Source: an uncultured delta proteobacterium
GTDB lineage: Bacteria > Myxococcota_A > UBA9160 > SZUA-336
Length of the DNA: 64,000 nt
NCBI GenBank assembly: GCA_963707945.1
Contig: CAVPRM010000002.1
Span: 17,819-81,818, forward strand
Reading direction: 5' to 3'
Made by a program: the position numbers and the translations under genes. Positions 30,276 to 40,124 of the stretch are shown one piece after another (within the stretch, counting starts at the first letter, position 1; every line of letters begins with the position of its first letter). The notes under the pieces are model-generated. The model was not told the origin of the DNA, ran no database searches, and saw nothing but the letters and a program-made list of their open reading frames with translations.

Positions 30276-31348
30276 TGCTTGCCCACGCTGTGCTCGAGCC
30301 GCGGCTTCAGACCCTCGATGAACGCGTTGTAGAGCGCGCTGCCGAGGGCCGGCCAGAACTCGGGCTGGGGCGTATTCGTCGAGCCCTCGACCGGAATCCG
30401 CGAGGCGACGTCGTCATCGCGGCGGTTGCGGAAGACCTGGAGCACCGCTTCGACGACCGCCTCCCAGGCGGACGAGATCGGGTTCTGCTCGACGATCTCC
30501 GCGTCCCAGCCGAGCACCTCGACGTCCTTGAAGAATGGCTTCAGGTAGCCGTGGAAGGCGCCGTTCTCCGCGAGCAATTCGGCGTACAGGGTCAGCTTGC
30601 CGTGCTCGACGTCGACGCCGGCGTAGGCGCGCAGGAAGTCGTTCCAGGCGCGCAGGTCGGCGCCGCGGATGATCAAGTCGCAATCGAAGGACGGCGCGGG
30701 CGCGTCGGGCTCGACGGCCGAGTGCAGGATGAGAATCCCCGAATCCTCGAATCGGCCGCGCATCTCCACCCGGCCGGCGCGCTTCGCGTTCGTGTGGTTG
30801 GTGTCTTCGAGGTTCCCCGCCACCAGATCGACGTCCGTCAGGTACACGTCGACCTTCGGGTCCGCTTTGAAGTTCCGAAAGTGGATCGACCCGTCCTGCA
30901 CCTCGATTCGATTGAACTTCGCCGGGAAGAGGCCTTTCACGAGCCGCCGCCACTGGCCTTCGCCGGCGACGCCGGTCTGCCGGTCGGCCTCGGTCGGGCC
31001 GGCGACGAAGTTGAGCTGCGGCTGCTCGAGCACCATCTCGCCCACGAACCTCCCGCGCACCAGCTCGTTCCACAGGACGGAGACGTCGATGAGCGGCGCT
31101 TTGAGGAAAGGCACCGGCACGCGGCCCCCGCGCTTGCGCATCTCGACGTCGTGGATCTTGTACGCGCCGCGATAGAGCGCGACGTCGACCTCGCCGACGC
31201 TGCCCTCGTACCTCGGGTTCTTCTCGAGCAAATGGTTGAGGTGGATCCGAATCGCGTTCGGCAGGGCCAGCCGCGCGGAGACGAGGAGAATCGCCAGCGC
31301 GAGCAAAGCGAACATCGAGTTCCGACTGCGGCGCCCGAAGGTGATCAC
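30272..31348 (-). CDS. DUF748/AsmA-like protein
   Basis: N-terminal TM, ALYRGAY, GYLKPFF, LYNAFI; start 31348 (GTG) or 31315 (ATG). Confidence 0.75.
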   Translation of the reverse strand: MITFGRRSRNSMFALLALAILLVSARLALPNAIRIHLNHLLEKNPRYEGSVGEVDVALYRGAYKIHDVEMRKRGGRVPVPFLKAPLIDVSVLWNELVRGRFVGEMVLEQPQLNFVAGPTEADRQTGVAGEGQWRRLVKGLFPAKFNRIEVQDGSIHFRNFKADPKVDVYLTDVDLVAGNLEDTNHTNAKRAGRVEMRGRFEDSGILILHSAVEPDAPAPSFDCDLIIRGADLRAWNDFLRAYAGVDVEHGKLTLYAELLAENGAFHGYLKPFFKDVEVLGWDAEIVEQNPISSAWEAVVEAVLQVFRNRRDDDVASRIPVEGSTNTPQPEFWPALGSALYNAFIEGLKPRLEHSVGKH

Positions 31349-31363
31349 GTTCGAGGTTGGTCC

Positions 31364-31379
31364 AGCAAGAGATATGCCG
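31364..31379 (-). promoter_or_regulatory. sigma54 -24/-12 promoter (DUF748)
   Basis: CGGCATATCTCTTGCT. Confidence 0.7.
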
Positions 31380-31498
31380 CGCGATTTTGTCGTCGGTGTG
31401 CCGGAGTTTTGTAGACGAGTTCCGTCGACGAACGTGATCGCGCGCACTATTGTGGACTCGCGCGCGTGCACACGATGCGACAGCGCGACCCCGCGCGC

Positions 31499-31514
31499 AG
31501 GCACGCGCTCTGCA
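31499..31514 (+). promoter_or_regulatory. sigma54 -24/-12 promoter (sugar-phosphate nucleotidyltransferase)
   Basis: AGGCACGCGCTCTGCA. Confidence 0.55.
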
Positions 31515-31565
31515 CACGAAGCTCTGCGCCCGAAAGCTCGGGCGGGTTGAGACGGAGGCTCGGGG

Positions 31566-32516
31566 ATGCAGCGAGAAACTTGGTCCATCGTTCTTGCGGG
31601 CGGCGAAGGCCGTCGCCTGCGCGCGCTCACGACGCTGCGCTCGGGCGTCACCGTGCCTAAGCAGTTCTGCTCGCTCGCAGGCGGGCCGAGCCTGCTGGCC
31701 GAGACGCTGCAGCGCGCGTTCGGGCTCGGCTCGCGCGAGCGCACCCTGGTGGTCGTGTCCGAGCACCATCGCCCGTTCTGGCGCGACCAGCTTCGCGCGC
31801 TGCCGAGCGAGAACGTGATCGTGCAGCCGCTGGGCCGCGGCACCGCGCCCGGGATCTACCTGCCGCTGCTGTCGATCGCCGCGCGCGACCCCGACGCCGA
31901 GATCGCGGTGCTCCCCTCCGATCACCACGTCGACGACGAGGGCGCCGTTCGCCAGGCGTTTACGGCGGCGCACGAGGTGGCCGGCCGCGATGCGGGCGCG
32001 ATCGTGATGCTCGGCATCACTCCCGACTCGCCCGACACTCAGTACGGCTGGATCGTCCCGCGCGGCGTGCCGGTGGCCGGGGCGAGCCGCATCGAGCTCT
32101 TCGTCGAGAAGCCGGCGCGCGAGGTCGCGCGGCGACTGATGTCCCTGGGCGCGCTCTGGTCGAGCTTCTGGCTCGCGGCCCGCGCGCCCGCGCTGCTCGA
32201 CGCCTTCCGCTCCGCATTGCCGGAGCTCGTGCGCGGGATGCCGGCCGAGATTCCCGGCGACTCGTCGGCAGACGAACGGGCCGAGCGCCTGCGCACGTGC
32301 TACGCGGAGCTCGCGCCCAGGGACTTCTCGCGCGACGTGCTCGAGCAGGTGCCCGAGCGCCTGCGCGTGGTCACGGTTCCGCCGTGCGGCTGGACCGATC
32401 TCGGAACCCCGGACCGGATCGCGACTGCCCTCAGCGGCCGGCTCGCGCGACTCGATTCCGAGTCGTCGAGCCGGCTCCCCGTGCTGTCACAGCGGCTCGA
32501 GTGGGTCGCGCACTAG
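31566..32516 (+). CDS. Mannose-1-phosphate guanylyltransferase-like nucleotidyltransferase
   Basis: LAGGEGRRL, PKQF, PSDH, YGWI, FVEKP, GWTDLG. Confidence 0.88.
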   Translation: MQRETWSIVLAGGEGRRLRALTTLRSGVTVPKQFCSLAGGPSLLAETLQRAFGLGSRERTLVVVSEHHRPFWRDQLRALPSENVIVQPLGRGTAPGIYLPLLSIAARDPDAEIAVLPSDHHVDDEGAVRQAFTAAHEVAGRDAGAIVMLGITPDSPDTQYGWIVPRGVPVAGASRIELFVEKPAREVARRLMSLGALWSSFWLAARAPALLDAFRSALPELVRGMPAEIPGDSSADERAERLRTCYAELAPRDFSRDVLEQVPERLRVVTVPPCGWTDLGTPDRIATALSGRLARLDSESSSRLPVLSQRLEWVAH

Positions 32517-32542
32517 CGCGACCGCCAAGATTCGAATCAGGT

Positions 32543-32917
32543 TCATCGCGAGTTCTCCGGCGCCCCCTCGGGCGAATCTTCAGGCGGGTTGTCTTCCGGC
32601 GACGCACTCGGCGTCGGTGCTCGCGTCGGCGGCGGCGCGCTGACGTCGACCTGGATGTCGTTCGTCACCTCGAGCACGCCGTAGACGTCGTCGGCGAGTT
32701 CGCCGGCGATCTTCCGCTGCGCGGGCGTCTGGACGCGCCCGGTCAGGAAGACGTGGCTCCCGTCGCTGCGCACGTGCACGTCGGTCGACGCGAGGGCGGG
32801 CTCCTTGGCGAGGCGCGCCTTGACGGTCTGGTCGATGTCCGGGGCCGGGACCTCGCGATCGCATGCGAGCGCCAGTCCGGCGGTCGCGGCGAGCGCGAGC
32901 AGGATTCCTCTTCTCAT
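32543..32917 (-). CDS. BON-domain lipoprotein
   Basis: Lipobox LALAC, single BON domain, Pro-rich tail; AAGGAG RBS. Confidence 0.8.
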   Translation of the reverse strand: MRRGILLALAATAGLALACDREVPAPDIDQTVKARLAKEPALASTDVHVRSDGSHVFLTGRVQTPAQRKIAGELADDVYGVLEVTNDIQVDVSAPPPTRAPTPSASPEDNPPEDSPEGAPENSR

Positions 32918-32928
32918 CGATGGCTCCT

Positions 32929-33405
32929 TCATCGCTCGGACGTCTCGGGCGAAGGAATGCGGCCGCGCCACGCGCCCGTCTCGTGGCCGCGCCGTTCGAT
33001 GAACTCCTTGAAGCGCGCGAGGTCGCCGCGCGCGCGGCGGGAGACGACGCCCAGGAAATCGCCGACGTTCTCGACCAGCCCCTCCGGCTCGTACTCGAGC
33101 TCGAGGTGCACGCGCGTGCGTTGGTCGCCCAGCCGATCGAAGGTGACGGAGCCGGCGTTCTTCGCGCCGCTCACGCTGCGCCAGGCGACGCGCATGTCTG
33201 GAATCTGCTCGGTGATCTTGGCCTGCCACTCGACGGTCTTGCCGCCGATCTCGGCCTTCCAGAAGAGGCGGCTCGCGTCGAGCTGGTGCACGGACTCCAC
33301 GCCCTCCATGAAGCGCGGGAACTCCTCGAACTGCGTCCACTGGTTGTAGGCGGTCGAGAGCGGGACCTCGACCTCGACGCTCTCCCGGATCTTGGACCCG
33401 GCCAT
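32929..33405 (-). CDS. SRPBCC (cyclase/dehydrase) family stress protein
   Basis: AYNQWTQFEEFPRFMEGV, FKEFIE.RG.ETGAWRG. Confidence 0.9.
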   Translation of the reverse strand: MAGSKIRESVEVEVPLSTAYNQWTQFEEFPRFMEGVESVHQLDASRLFWKAEIGGKTVEWQAKITEQIPDMRVAWRSVSGAKNAGSVTFDRLGDQRTRVHLELEYEPEGLVENVGDFLGVVSRRARGDLARFKEFIERRGHETGAWRGRIPSPETSER

Positions 33406-33421
33406 GGCGTTCTCCTCTGCT

Positions 33422-35185
33422 TCACTCGGTTGGAGCAAGAACCGAACCAACCCGTGGCGGCGCGAGCGCGACGAAGCGATCCGGCGCGAGCTCGATGCGG
33501 TCGAGCGCGATCGCGCAGTCGTCGCTGGAGGCGAGCTGGATCTCGACCGGAGCGAAGCGCTCGAGGGGGATCGAGACGCGCTCGTGGCCGAAGCTCGCGG
33601 CGATCTGCACGGGGCCGCGCCGCAGCAGGATCCAGCCTTCCTTCTCGCTGCAGCGCACGTCCAGCTCGAGCAGCCGTCCGGCGCCGAGCGCGCGCACGCG
33701 TTTGCGCAGGCGCAGCAGGGAGCGATGCCACTCGAGCATTCGCCGGTGCGCCGGCCGCACGAGCTCGGTCCAGTCGAGCTTCGCCGAGAGGAAGGTGTCG
33801 GGCGCGCACGGATCGAGCGAGTCGTCGTGAGCGTCACCGCAGGTGCCGGTCGCCTGGCGCCGGCCGTGGCGAACGCTGTCGCACAGCCCTCGGTCGCGGT
33901 AGTCGCAGAAGAAGGGGAACGGCGTCCGCGCGCCCCACTCCTCGCCCTGGAACAAGAGCGGGATGCAGGGGCCGCACAGGACGAGCCCCGCCACGACCTG
34001 GAGGCGCTCCGGGGAAAGCAGCGCCGAGAGTCGCTCGCCGCGCGGTCGGTTCCCGATCTGATCGTGGTTCTGCGCGAAGCCGACGAGCTGCGCACCCGAC
34101 AGGCGCGGATCGGCGCGCCCGTGTCGGCGCCGGCGGTGGGGCGAGTAGCGGCCCGCGTAGACGAGGCCGCGCGAGAACGCCTCGACCAGCTCCGCGCAGC
34201 CGCCGAAGTCGGAGTAGTAGCCGTGGCGCTCGCCGGTCGCGAACGCGTGGAGCGCGTGGTGGAAGTCGTCGTTCCAGATCGCGTCGAGGCCGAAGCCTCC
34301 GTCCGCGCGCGGCCGCACGAGCCGCGGGTCGTTCGCGTCGCTCTCGGCGATCAGGAAGAGCGGCCGCCCCAGCCGCAGCGACAGCGTGTCGACCGCAGCG
34401 CGCAGCTCCTCGAGAAAGTGGAGCGGCGAGCGGTCGACGAGCGCGTGGACGGCGTCGAGACGGAGGCCGTCGCCGTGGTAGTCGCGCAGCCAGGCGAGCG
34501 CGCTGTCGATGAACAGGCGGCGCACCTCGTCCGAGTCGGGGCCGTCGAGGTTCGGCGCGCGTCCCCACTGCGTTCCGATCTGTCCCGACAGATAGGGGCC
34601 GAAGCGCGGCAGGAAGTTCCCCTCCGGGCCGAGGTGGTTGTGCACGACGTCGAAGACCACCGCGAGCCCGCGCGCGTGGCACGCGTTCACCAGCTGCTTC
34701 AGCTCTTCGGGGGTGCCGTAGGCGGGGTGGGGCGCGAACGGCGCGACGCCGTCGTAGCCCCAGCCGTGCTCGCCGGAGAACGCGGCGATCGGCATCAGCT
34801 CGACGTGGGTCGCGCCGAGCTCGACCAGGTGATCGAGGCGCTCGATCGCGCCGAGGAACGTGCCCGCGGGCGTGAAGGTGCCGACGTGCAGCTCGTAGAA
34901 CACGGCGCGCGGGAGAGCTTCGGCGGTGAAGCCGTCGTCCTGCCACGGGAATGCGCCGTGGCAGAGCGTCCGCGAGTAGCCGAACACGCCGTCCGGCTGC
35001 CAGCGCGAACGGGGGTCGGGCAGCGGGTAGTCGCCGTCGAGCGAGAATGCGTAGTCGAGATCTCCGTCGTGCGCGTGGTCGCGCCGCCACCAACCGCCGT
35101 CGCCGCGGCGCATCGGGAAGCGGCCGTCGCGGGTGACGAGCTCGACGCGCCCGGCTGCGGGCGCCCAGACTTCGAAGCGGGTCAT
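33422..35185 (-). CDS. treZ: Malto-oligosyltrehalose trehalohydrolase
   Basis: FEVWAP, YELHVGTF, WGYDG, GLRLDAVH, WNDDFHH, QNHDQIGNR. Confidence 0.95.
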   Translation of the reverse strand: MTRFEVWAPAAGRVELVTRDGRFPMRRGDGGWWRRDHAHDGDLDYAFSLDGDYPLPDPRSRWQPDGVFGYSRTLCHGAFPWQDDGFTAEALPRAVFYELHVGTFTPAGTFLGAIERLDHLVELGATHVELMPIAAFSGEHGWGYDGVAPFAPHPAYGTPEELKQLVNACHARGLAVVFDVVHNHLGPEGNFLPRFGPYLSGQIGTQWGRAPNLDGPDSDEVRRLFIDSALAWLRDYHGDGLRLDAVHALVDRSPLHFLEELRAAVDTLSLRLGRPLFLIAESDANDPRLVRPRADGGFGLDAIWNDDFHHALHAFATGERHGYYSDFGGCAELVEAFSRGLVYAGRYSPHRRRRHGRADPRLSGAQLVGFAQNHDQIGNRPRGERLSALLSPERLQVVAGLVLCGPCIPLLFQGEEWGARTPFPFFCDYRDRGLCDSVRHGRRQATGTCGDAHDDSLDPCAPDTFLSAKLDWTELVRPAHRRMLEWHRSLLRLRKRVRALGAGRLLELDVRCSEKEGWILLRRGPVQIAASFGHERVSIPLERFAPVEIQLASSDDCAIALDRIELAPDRFVALAPPRVGSVLAPTE

Positions 35186-37836
35186 GATTCGTCCTCCTCG
35201 CTGGAGAGCAGTGCGACCGGGAAGCGGGCGAACAGCCGCGCCACCGGCACGATTCCGCCCGCGAAGCGCTCGCCGCTGAACACGTCCCGGTTTCGGCCGG
35301 CGGGCAGCTCGAGCTCGGTGTCGCCCCAGCCGTCGAGCCGCAGTCCCAGCCGCGGAACGGCGCAGACGAGTCCCCTGCGGGCGAAGGCGACCACGCGCTC
35401 GGCGGCGACCCCGCGCGCGAACAGAGGGACGTAGCCGCTGCGCGCGCCGAAGCGTTCGGGGTGGCGGCGCCGCTCGGCGAGCGCGCGCTGGATCACGAAC
35501 AGCTTCGGCAGACCCTCGTCGGCGCGCGCGATCACCTGCTCGCAGGTCGCCGCGCGCACCGCGGCCAGCAGCTGGCGGCGCGCCGCGAAGTCGACCGGCC
35601 GGCGGTTGTCGGGGTCGACCAGCGACAGATCCCAGAGCTCGCTGCCCTGGTACAGGTCGGGCACGCCCGGGCTCGCGAGCTTGAGCAGGAGCATCGCCAG
35701 CGAGTTGACCCGCCCGGCGCCGGTGAGCTCGGCGGCGAATCGCTCGAGCTCGAGGCGGAAGCCGCGATCGTCGAAGAGCGCGTCGACGAAGCGCGCGACG
35801 GCGTCCTCGAAGGTGCGGTCGGGTGCGAGCCAGCTCGTGCGCTCCTTGGCTTCGCGCGCCGCCTTCAGCGCGAACGCCGCCGCGCGCTCGCGCGAGATCG
35901 GCCAGGCACCGACGAGGGTCTGGTAGAGCAGGTACTCGAGCTTGGGATCCGGCCCGGCGGCGGAACGGTGGCGGCGGTTCCGTGCGAACCAGCCGCGCAC
36001 CGTGTCGGCCCAGCGCGCGGGGATCTCGGACAGGAGCGCGAGCCGCGCGCGGACGTCCTCGCTGCGCTTGGTGTCGTGCGTCGAGGTCGCCAGCAGGGTG
36101 CGCGGCCAGCGCCGCTGCGCTTCGCCGTTCGCGCCGTGGAAGTCGAGCGGCGACACCGCGAACGCGCCCGGGTCGCAGCCGACCTCGCTCAGCGCCGCGA
36201 GCCGCGGCCAGGCATAGCCGGCGGTGTCCTCGACCCCTTTGGCCATGAGCGCGCTCGAGAGCTGCTGGAAGCGCAGCACGAGCTCCGTCTCCTGGGGGCC
36301 GTGCAGCTGGCGGTACAAGAGCGCACCGAGGAAGTCGAGCAGCGCCGGGTCGAGCTCGGGCGAGCGCTCCTTCGCGGCGCGCAGCGCGCGCGCGACCGTG
36401 TTCTGCGACGCCGGGTCCAGAGCGGTGTCGCGGCCGCGCGCATAGCTGCGGTAGCACGGCCAGGCGACGAGGAGCGCGGCCAGGGCGCCCTCGAGCTCGG
36501 CGCGCGACCAGTCGCGCTGCTCGACGCGCGCGTCGCAGATCTCGGCCAGGAGCTCGCCGAGCCGGCCGAGGTCGGCTGCGAACAGGTCGGCGAGCGCGCG
36601 CTCCTTCCCGTCCGCCGCGGCGTCGCTCCAGCTGCGCGCGTCCCCGGTGAGCTCGGTGTACAGCGCGCCGAGCGCCTCCTCCCCCGCGGGATCGACGAAG
36701 AGGCCGGTCGAGCGCCACAGGAAGTCGTAGCCGGTCGTTCCGGCGATCGGCCAGCTCGCGGGCAGCGCCTCGCCCGTCGCCAGGATCTTCTCGACCACGA
36801 TCCACGCCGCGGGCGCCGACAGGGCGATCCAGTCGAGGTAGCCGCGCGGGTCGCGCAGCCCGTCCAGGTGGTCGATGCGCAGCCCCGCGATCTCGCCGCG
36901 CGCGAGCCGCTCGAGCACGAATCCGTGCGACTCGGCGAACACGCGGCGGTCCTCGACTCGGACGGCGACCAGCTCCGAGACGTCGAAGAAGCGCCGGTAG
37001 TCGAGCTCCCGCGCCGCGCCGCGCCAGTGCGCGAGCCGGTAGTTCTGGCGCTCGAGCAGCGTGTGCATGCGCTCGGGGTCGGCGTTCCAGCGGCCGATCG
37101 CGGCGTCGACCGCCAGCGCGGCCGAGGGATCCTCGCGGCACAGCCGCGCGAGCAGCCCGCGCAGCACCTCCTTGTGCGAGTGACGCCGCTCTACGCTCGC
37201 GGGATCGAGATTCGTCGCGAGGGGCAGCGCGCCGTGCGCGTAGGCGAGGAACTCGAGCAGCGGCGAGCCGGCGCGCTCGGCCGCGTCGCGCAGCAGCTCG
37301 TCGACCGAGCGCGGCGCTATCGGCAGCTTCTGGGTCGCGACCTGCAGGACGAACGAGCCCTCGTCGCGGGCGAGCCGCAGCTCGCCCTCGTTCAGGACGG
37401 AGCCGTAGCGTTCGCCCAGGATCGGCAGCAGGATCCGATCGGCCTGGTGACGCTCCGCGCCGCGCCAGTCGACGTCGAAGAACCCGGACGCGCGGCTCGC
37501 GGGACCGTTCTCGAGCACGTCCCACCACCAGCGGTTCTCGGGCGCACGGGTGGACATGTGGTTGGGGACGACATCGAGCAGGAGCTCGAGCTCGTGCTCG
37601 CGCAGAGCATCGAGCAGGACCCCGAACCCGGCCTCGCCGCCGAGCTCGGCGCTCCAGCGCGAGGGGTCGACCACGTCATAGCCGTGCGCGCTGCCCGGCG
37701 CCGCCTGCAGCAGCGGCGAGCTGTACAGGTGGCTGACGCCGAGCTCGGCGAGGTAGTCGGCGAGCTCGGCGGCCTTCGCGAGGTCGAGCTCGGGCCCGAG
37801 CTGCAGGCGGTAGGTGGCGCGCGGCGCGGTCGCCAC
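35182..37836 (-). CDS. treY: Malto-oligosyltrehalose synthase
   Basis: ATYRLQ, HGYDVVD, RIDHLDGL, KGVEDT, STHDTKRSED, SLVDPDNRRPVD. Confidence 0.96.
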   Translation of the reverse strand: MATAPRATYRLQLGPELDLAKAAELADYLAELGVSHLYSSPLLQAAPGSAHGYDVVDPSRWSAELGGEAGFGVLLDALREHELELLLDVVPNHMSTRAPENRWWWDVLENGPASRASGFFDVDWRGAERHQADRILLPILGERYGSVLNEGELRLARDEGSFVLQVATQKLPIAPRSVDELLRDAAERAGSPLLEFLAYAHGALPLATNLDPASVERRHSHKEVLRGLLARLCREDPSAALAVDAAIGRWNADPERMHTLLERQNYRLAHWRGAARELDYRRFFDVSELVAVRVEDRRVFAESHGFVLERLARGEIAGLRIDHLDGLRDPRGYLDWIALSAPAAWIVVEKILATGEALPASWPIAGTTGYDFLWRSTGLFVDPAGEEALGALYTELTGDARSWSDAAADGKERALADLFAADLGRLGELLAEICDARVEQRDWSRAELEGALAALLVAWPCYRSYARGRDTALDPASQNTVARALRAAKERSPELDPALLDFLGALLYRQLHGPQETELVLRFQQLSSALMAKGVEDTAGYAWPRLAALSEVGCDPGAFAVSPLDFHGANGEAQRRWPRTLLATSTHDTKRSEDVRARLALLSEIPARWADTVRGWFARNRRHRSAAGPDPKLEYLLYQTLVGAWPISRERAAAFALKAAREAKERTSWLAPDRTFEDAVARFVDALFDDRGFRLELERFAAELTGAGRVNSLAMLLLKLASPGVPDLYQGSELWDLSLVDPDNRRPVDFAARRQLLAAVRAATCEQVIARADEGLPKLFVIQRALAERRRHPERFGARSGYVPLFARGVAAERVVAFARRGLVCAVPRLGLRLDGWGDTELELPAGRNRDVFSGERFAGGIVPVARLFARFPVALLSSEEDES

Positions 37837-37839
37837 GGC

Positions 37840-39942
37840 TCAGCTCTCCCGCCGCAGGAGCACGCTCGAGCGCGCCGCGACTTCGAGCCTCGCTCCCGCT
37901 TCGAGACGGAGCGGGCTCGCGACCAGGTCGTCCGCCGTGTCGAGCTCCACCGCCCACGCGCTCCCGAACAGCGCGGGCGGAAGCGCGAAGCGCACCGGCT
38001 CGGGCTGCGCGTTCAAGAGCCAGAAGAAGCTGTCGTCGCAGCACCCGCTCGCCGCGCGCGTCGGGGTGCGGGATCGCCTCGCCGTTCAGGAACACGGCGA
38101 GCGCGCGCGCGCCCGACTGCCAGTCCTCGTCCTTCATCAGCTCGCCGTCCGCGCGGAACCAGGCGATCTCGGGCGCGGGGTCGTGCGTGGGCAGATCGCC
38201 GAACCAGCCGCGGCGCCGAAACACCGGGTGGCTGCGCCGGAGCTCGACGATGCGGCTGGCGAACTCGAGGAGCTCCGCGTCCGCCGCCTCCCAGTCGAGC
38301 CAGGTCGTCTCGTCGTCGAGACAGTAGGCGTTGTTGTTCCCGCGCTGGCTGCGGCCGAGCTCGTCGCCGGCGAGCAGCATCGGCACGCCCTGCGACAGGA
38401 GCAGCGTCGCCAGGAAGTTGCGCTTCTGGCGCGCGCGCAGCGCGAGCACCTCCGGATCGTCGGCTCGGCCCCTCGGCGCCGCAGTTCCAGGAGCGGTTGT
38501 GCGACTCGCCGTCGCGATCGTTCTCGCCGTTGGCCTCGTTGTGCTTGTCGTCGTACGAGACCAGGTCGTGGAGCGTGAAGCCGTCGTGCGCGGTCACGAA
38601 GTTGATGCTCGCGTGCGGGCGGCGGCCGCTCGTGCCGTAGAGATCCGAGCTGCCCGCGATGCGGCAGGCGAGCTCGCCGAGCGCGCCGGTCTCGCCGCGC
38701 CAGTAGTCGCGCACGGCGTCGCGGTACTTGCCGTTCCACTCCGACCAGAGCGGCGGGAAGTTGCCGACCTGGTAGCCGCGCTCGCCGATGTCCCACGGCT
38801 CGGCGATCAGCTTCACCCGGCTCACGACCGGGTCCTGCTGGATCAGGTCGAAGAACACGGCGAGCCGGTCGACGTCGTGCAGCTCGCGCGCCAGCGCCGC
38901 GGCGAGGTCGAAGCGGAAGCCGTCGACCTGCATCTCCTGGACCCAGTAGCGCAGCGAGTCCATGATCAGCTGCAGCACGCACGGGTTGCGCATGTTCAGG
39001 CTGTTGCCCGTGCCGGTGTAGTCGGTGTAGTAGCGCGGGTCGCCGTCGACGAGGCGGTAGTAGCCGGCGTTGTCGAAGCCCTTGAGCGAGAGCATGGGTC
39101 CTGCGTGGTTGCCCTCGGCCGTGTGGTTGTAGACGACGTCGAGGATCACCTCGATGCCGGCCGCGTGGAGCGTCTTCACCAGGTGCTTGAACTCCTGCAC
39201 GACCTGGTGCGGGCGGTCCGCCGCGGCGTAGGCGGCGTGCGGCGCGATGAAGCAGACGGTGTTGTAGCCCCAGTAGTTGCGAGCGGCCGCGGTCGACCAG
39301 GTGCGCGTCGTGCGCGAAGGCGTGGATCGGCATCAGCTCGACCGCCGTCACGCCGAGCTTCTTCAGGTGGGCGATCACGGCGGGGTGCGCGAGGCCCGCG
39401 TAGGTGCCGCGCAGCTCGGGCGGCACCTCCGGGTGGCGCATCGTGAAGCCGCGCACGTGCAGCTCGTAGATCACGGTCTCGTGGAGCGGCGTGCGCGGCG
39501 GGCGGTCGTCGCCCCAATCGAACAGGGTCGAGACGACGACCGACTTGGGCAGCGCGCTCGCGCTGTCGGTCGGGTCGGGCGCGCCGTTCGGATCGCCGTC
39601 GAGCGGGTGCGGGAACAGCGACTGACCCCAGCGGAACTCGCCCTCGAGCGCGCGGGCGTAGGGATCGATCAGGAGCTTGGCGGGATTGCAGCGCTGGCCC
39701 TGGCGCGGAAGCCACGGACCGTGGACCCGATAGCCGTAGCGCTGGCCGGGCTCGACCCCGGGCAGGTAGCCGTGCCACACCGCGCCCGTTCGCTCGGGCA
39801 GGAAGACGCGCGTCTCCACGTCGTCCGCGTCGAAGAGACAGAGCTCGACCGCGTCGGCGATGTCGCTCGTCACCGAGAAGCAGGTGCCGAGCCCGTCGAA
39901 CGTCGCCCCCAAGGGGAAGGGTTGCCCCGGCCAGACTTTCAC
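37840..39942 (-). CDS. glgX: Glycogen debranching enzyme GlgX/TreX (frameshifted)
   Basis: [56 protein letters not shown]. Confidence 0.93.
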
Positions 39943-39955
39943 GTCCGCAGAGCGG

Positions 39956-39971
39956 AGCACGTTGTGTGCCA
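39956..39971 (-). promoter_or_regulatory. sigma54 -24/-12 promoter (glgX-treY-treZ operon)
   Basis: TGGCACACAACGTGCT. Confidence 0.65.
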
Positions 39972-40095
39972 CGCGCGGAGCGCGCTCTTTCTCCCACGGG
40001 TCCGCGCAGACGCGCGGAGCGAGCGCTTTCTACAAGTGCCGCATCCGATCTACACCGGTGACGGGGCGCACGTTCCGCGCGGGACGCAGACGAGC

Positions 40096-40111
40096 CGGCA
40101 CGGTGCCTGCA
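40096..40111 (+). promoter_or_regulatory. sigma54 -24/-12 promoter (AI-2E gene)
   Basis: CGGCACGGTGCCTGCA. Confidence 0.62.
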
Positions 40112-40124
40112 CACCCGACTCAGC

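Noticed and set aside
33422-37528. 1368-aa ORF and the antisense 1059-aa ORF (35461..38640)
   Set aside because: Off-frame or antisense shadows of treY/treZ; only the TreZ part from 35185 is real
39943-39972. glgX start at 39972 as in the ORF track
   Set aside because: That GTG overlaps the sigma54 motif; the homologous N-terminus begins at 39942
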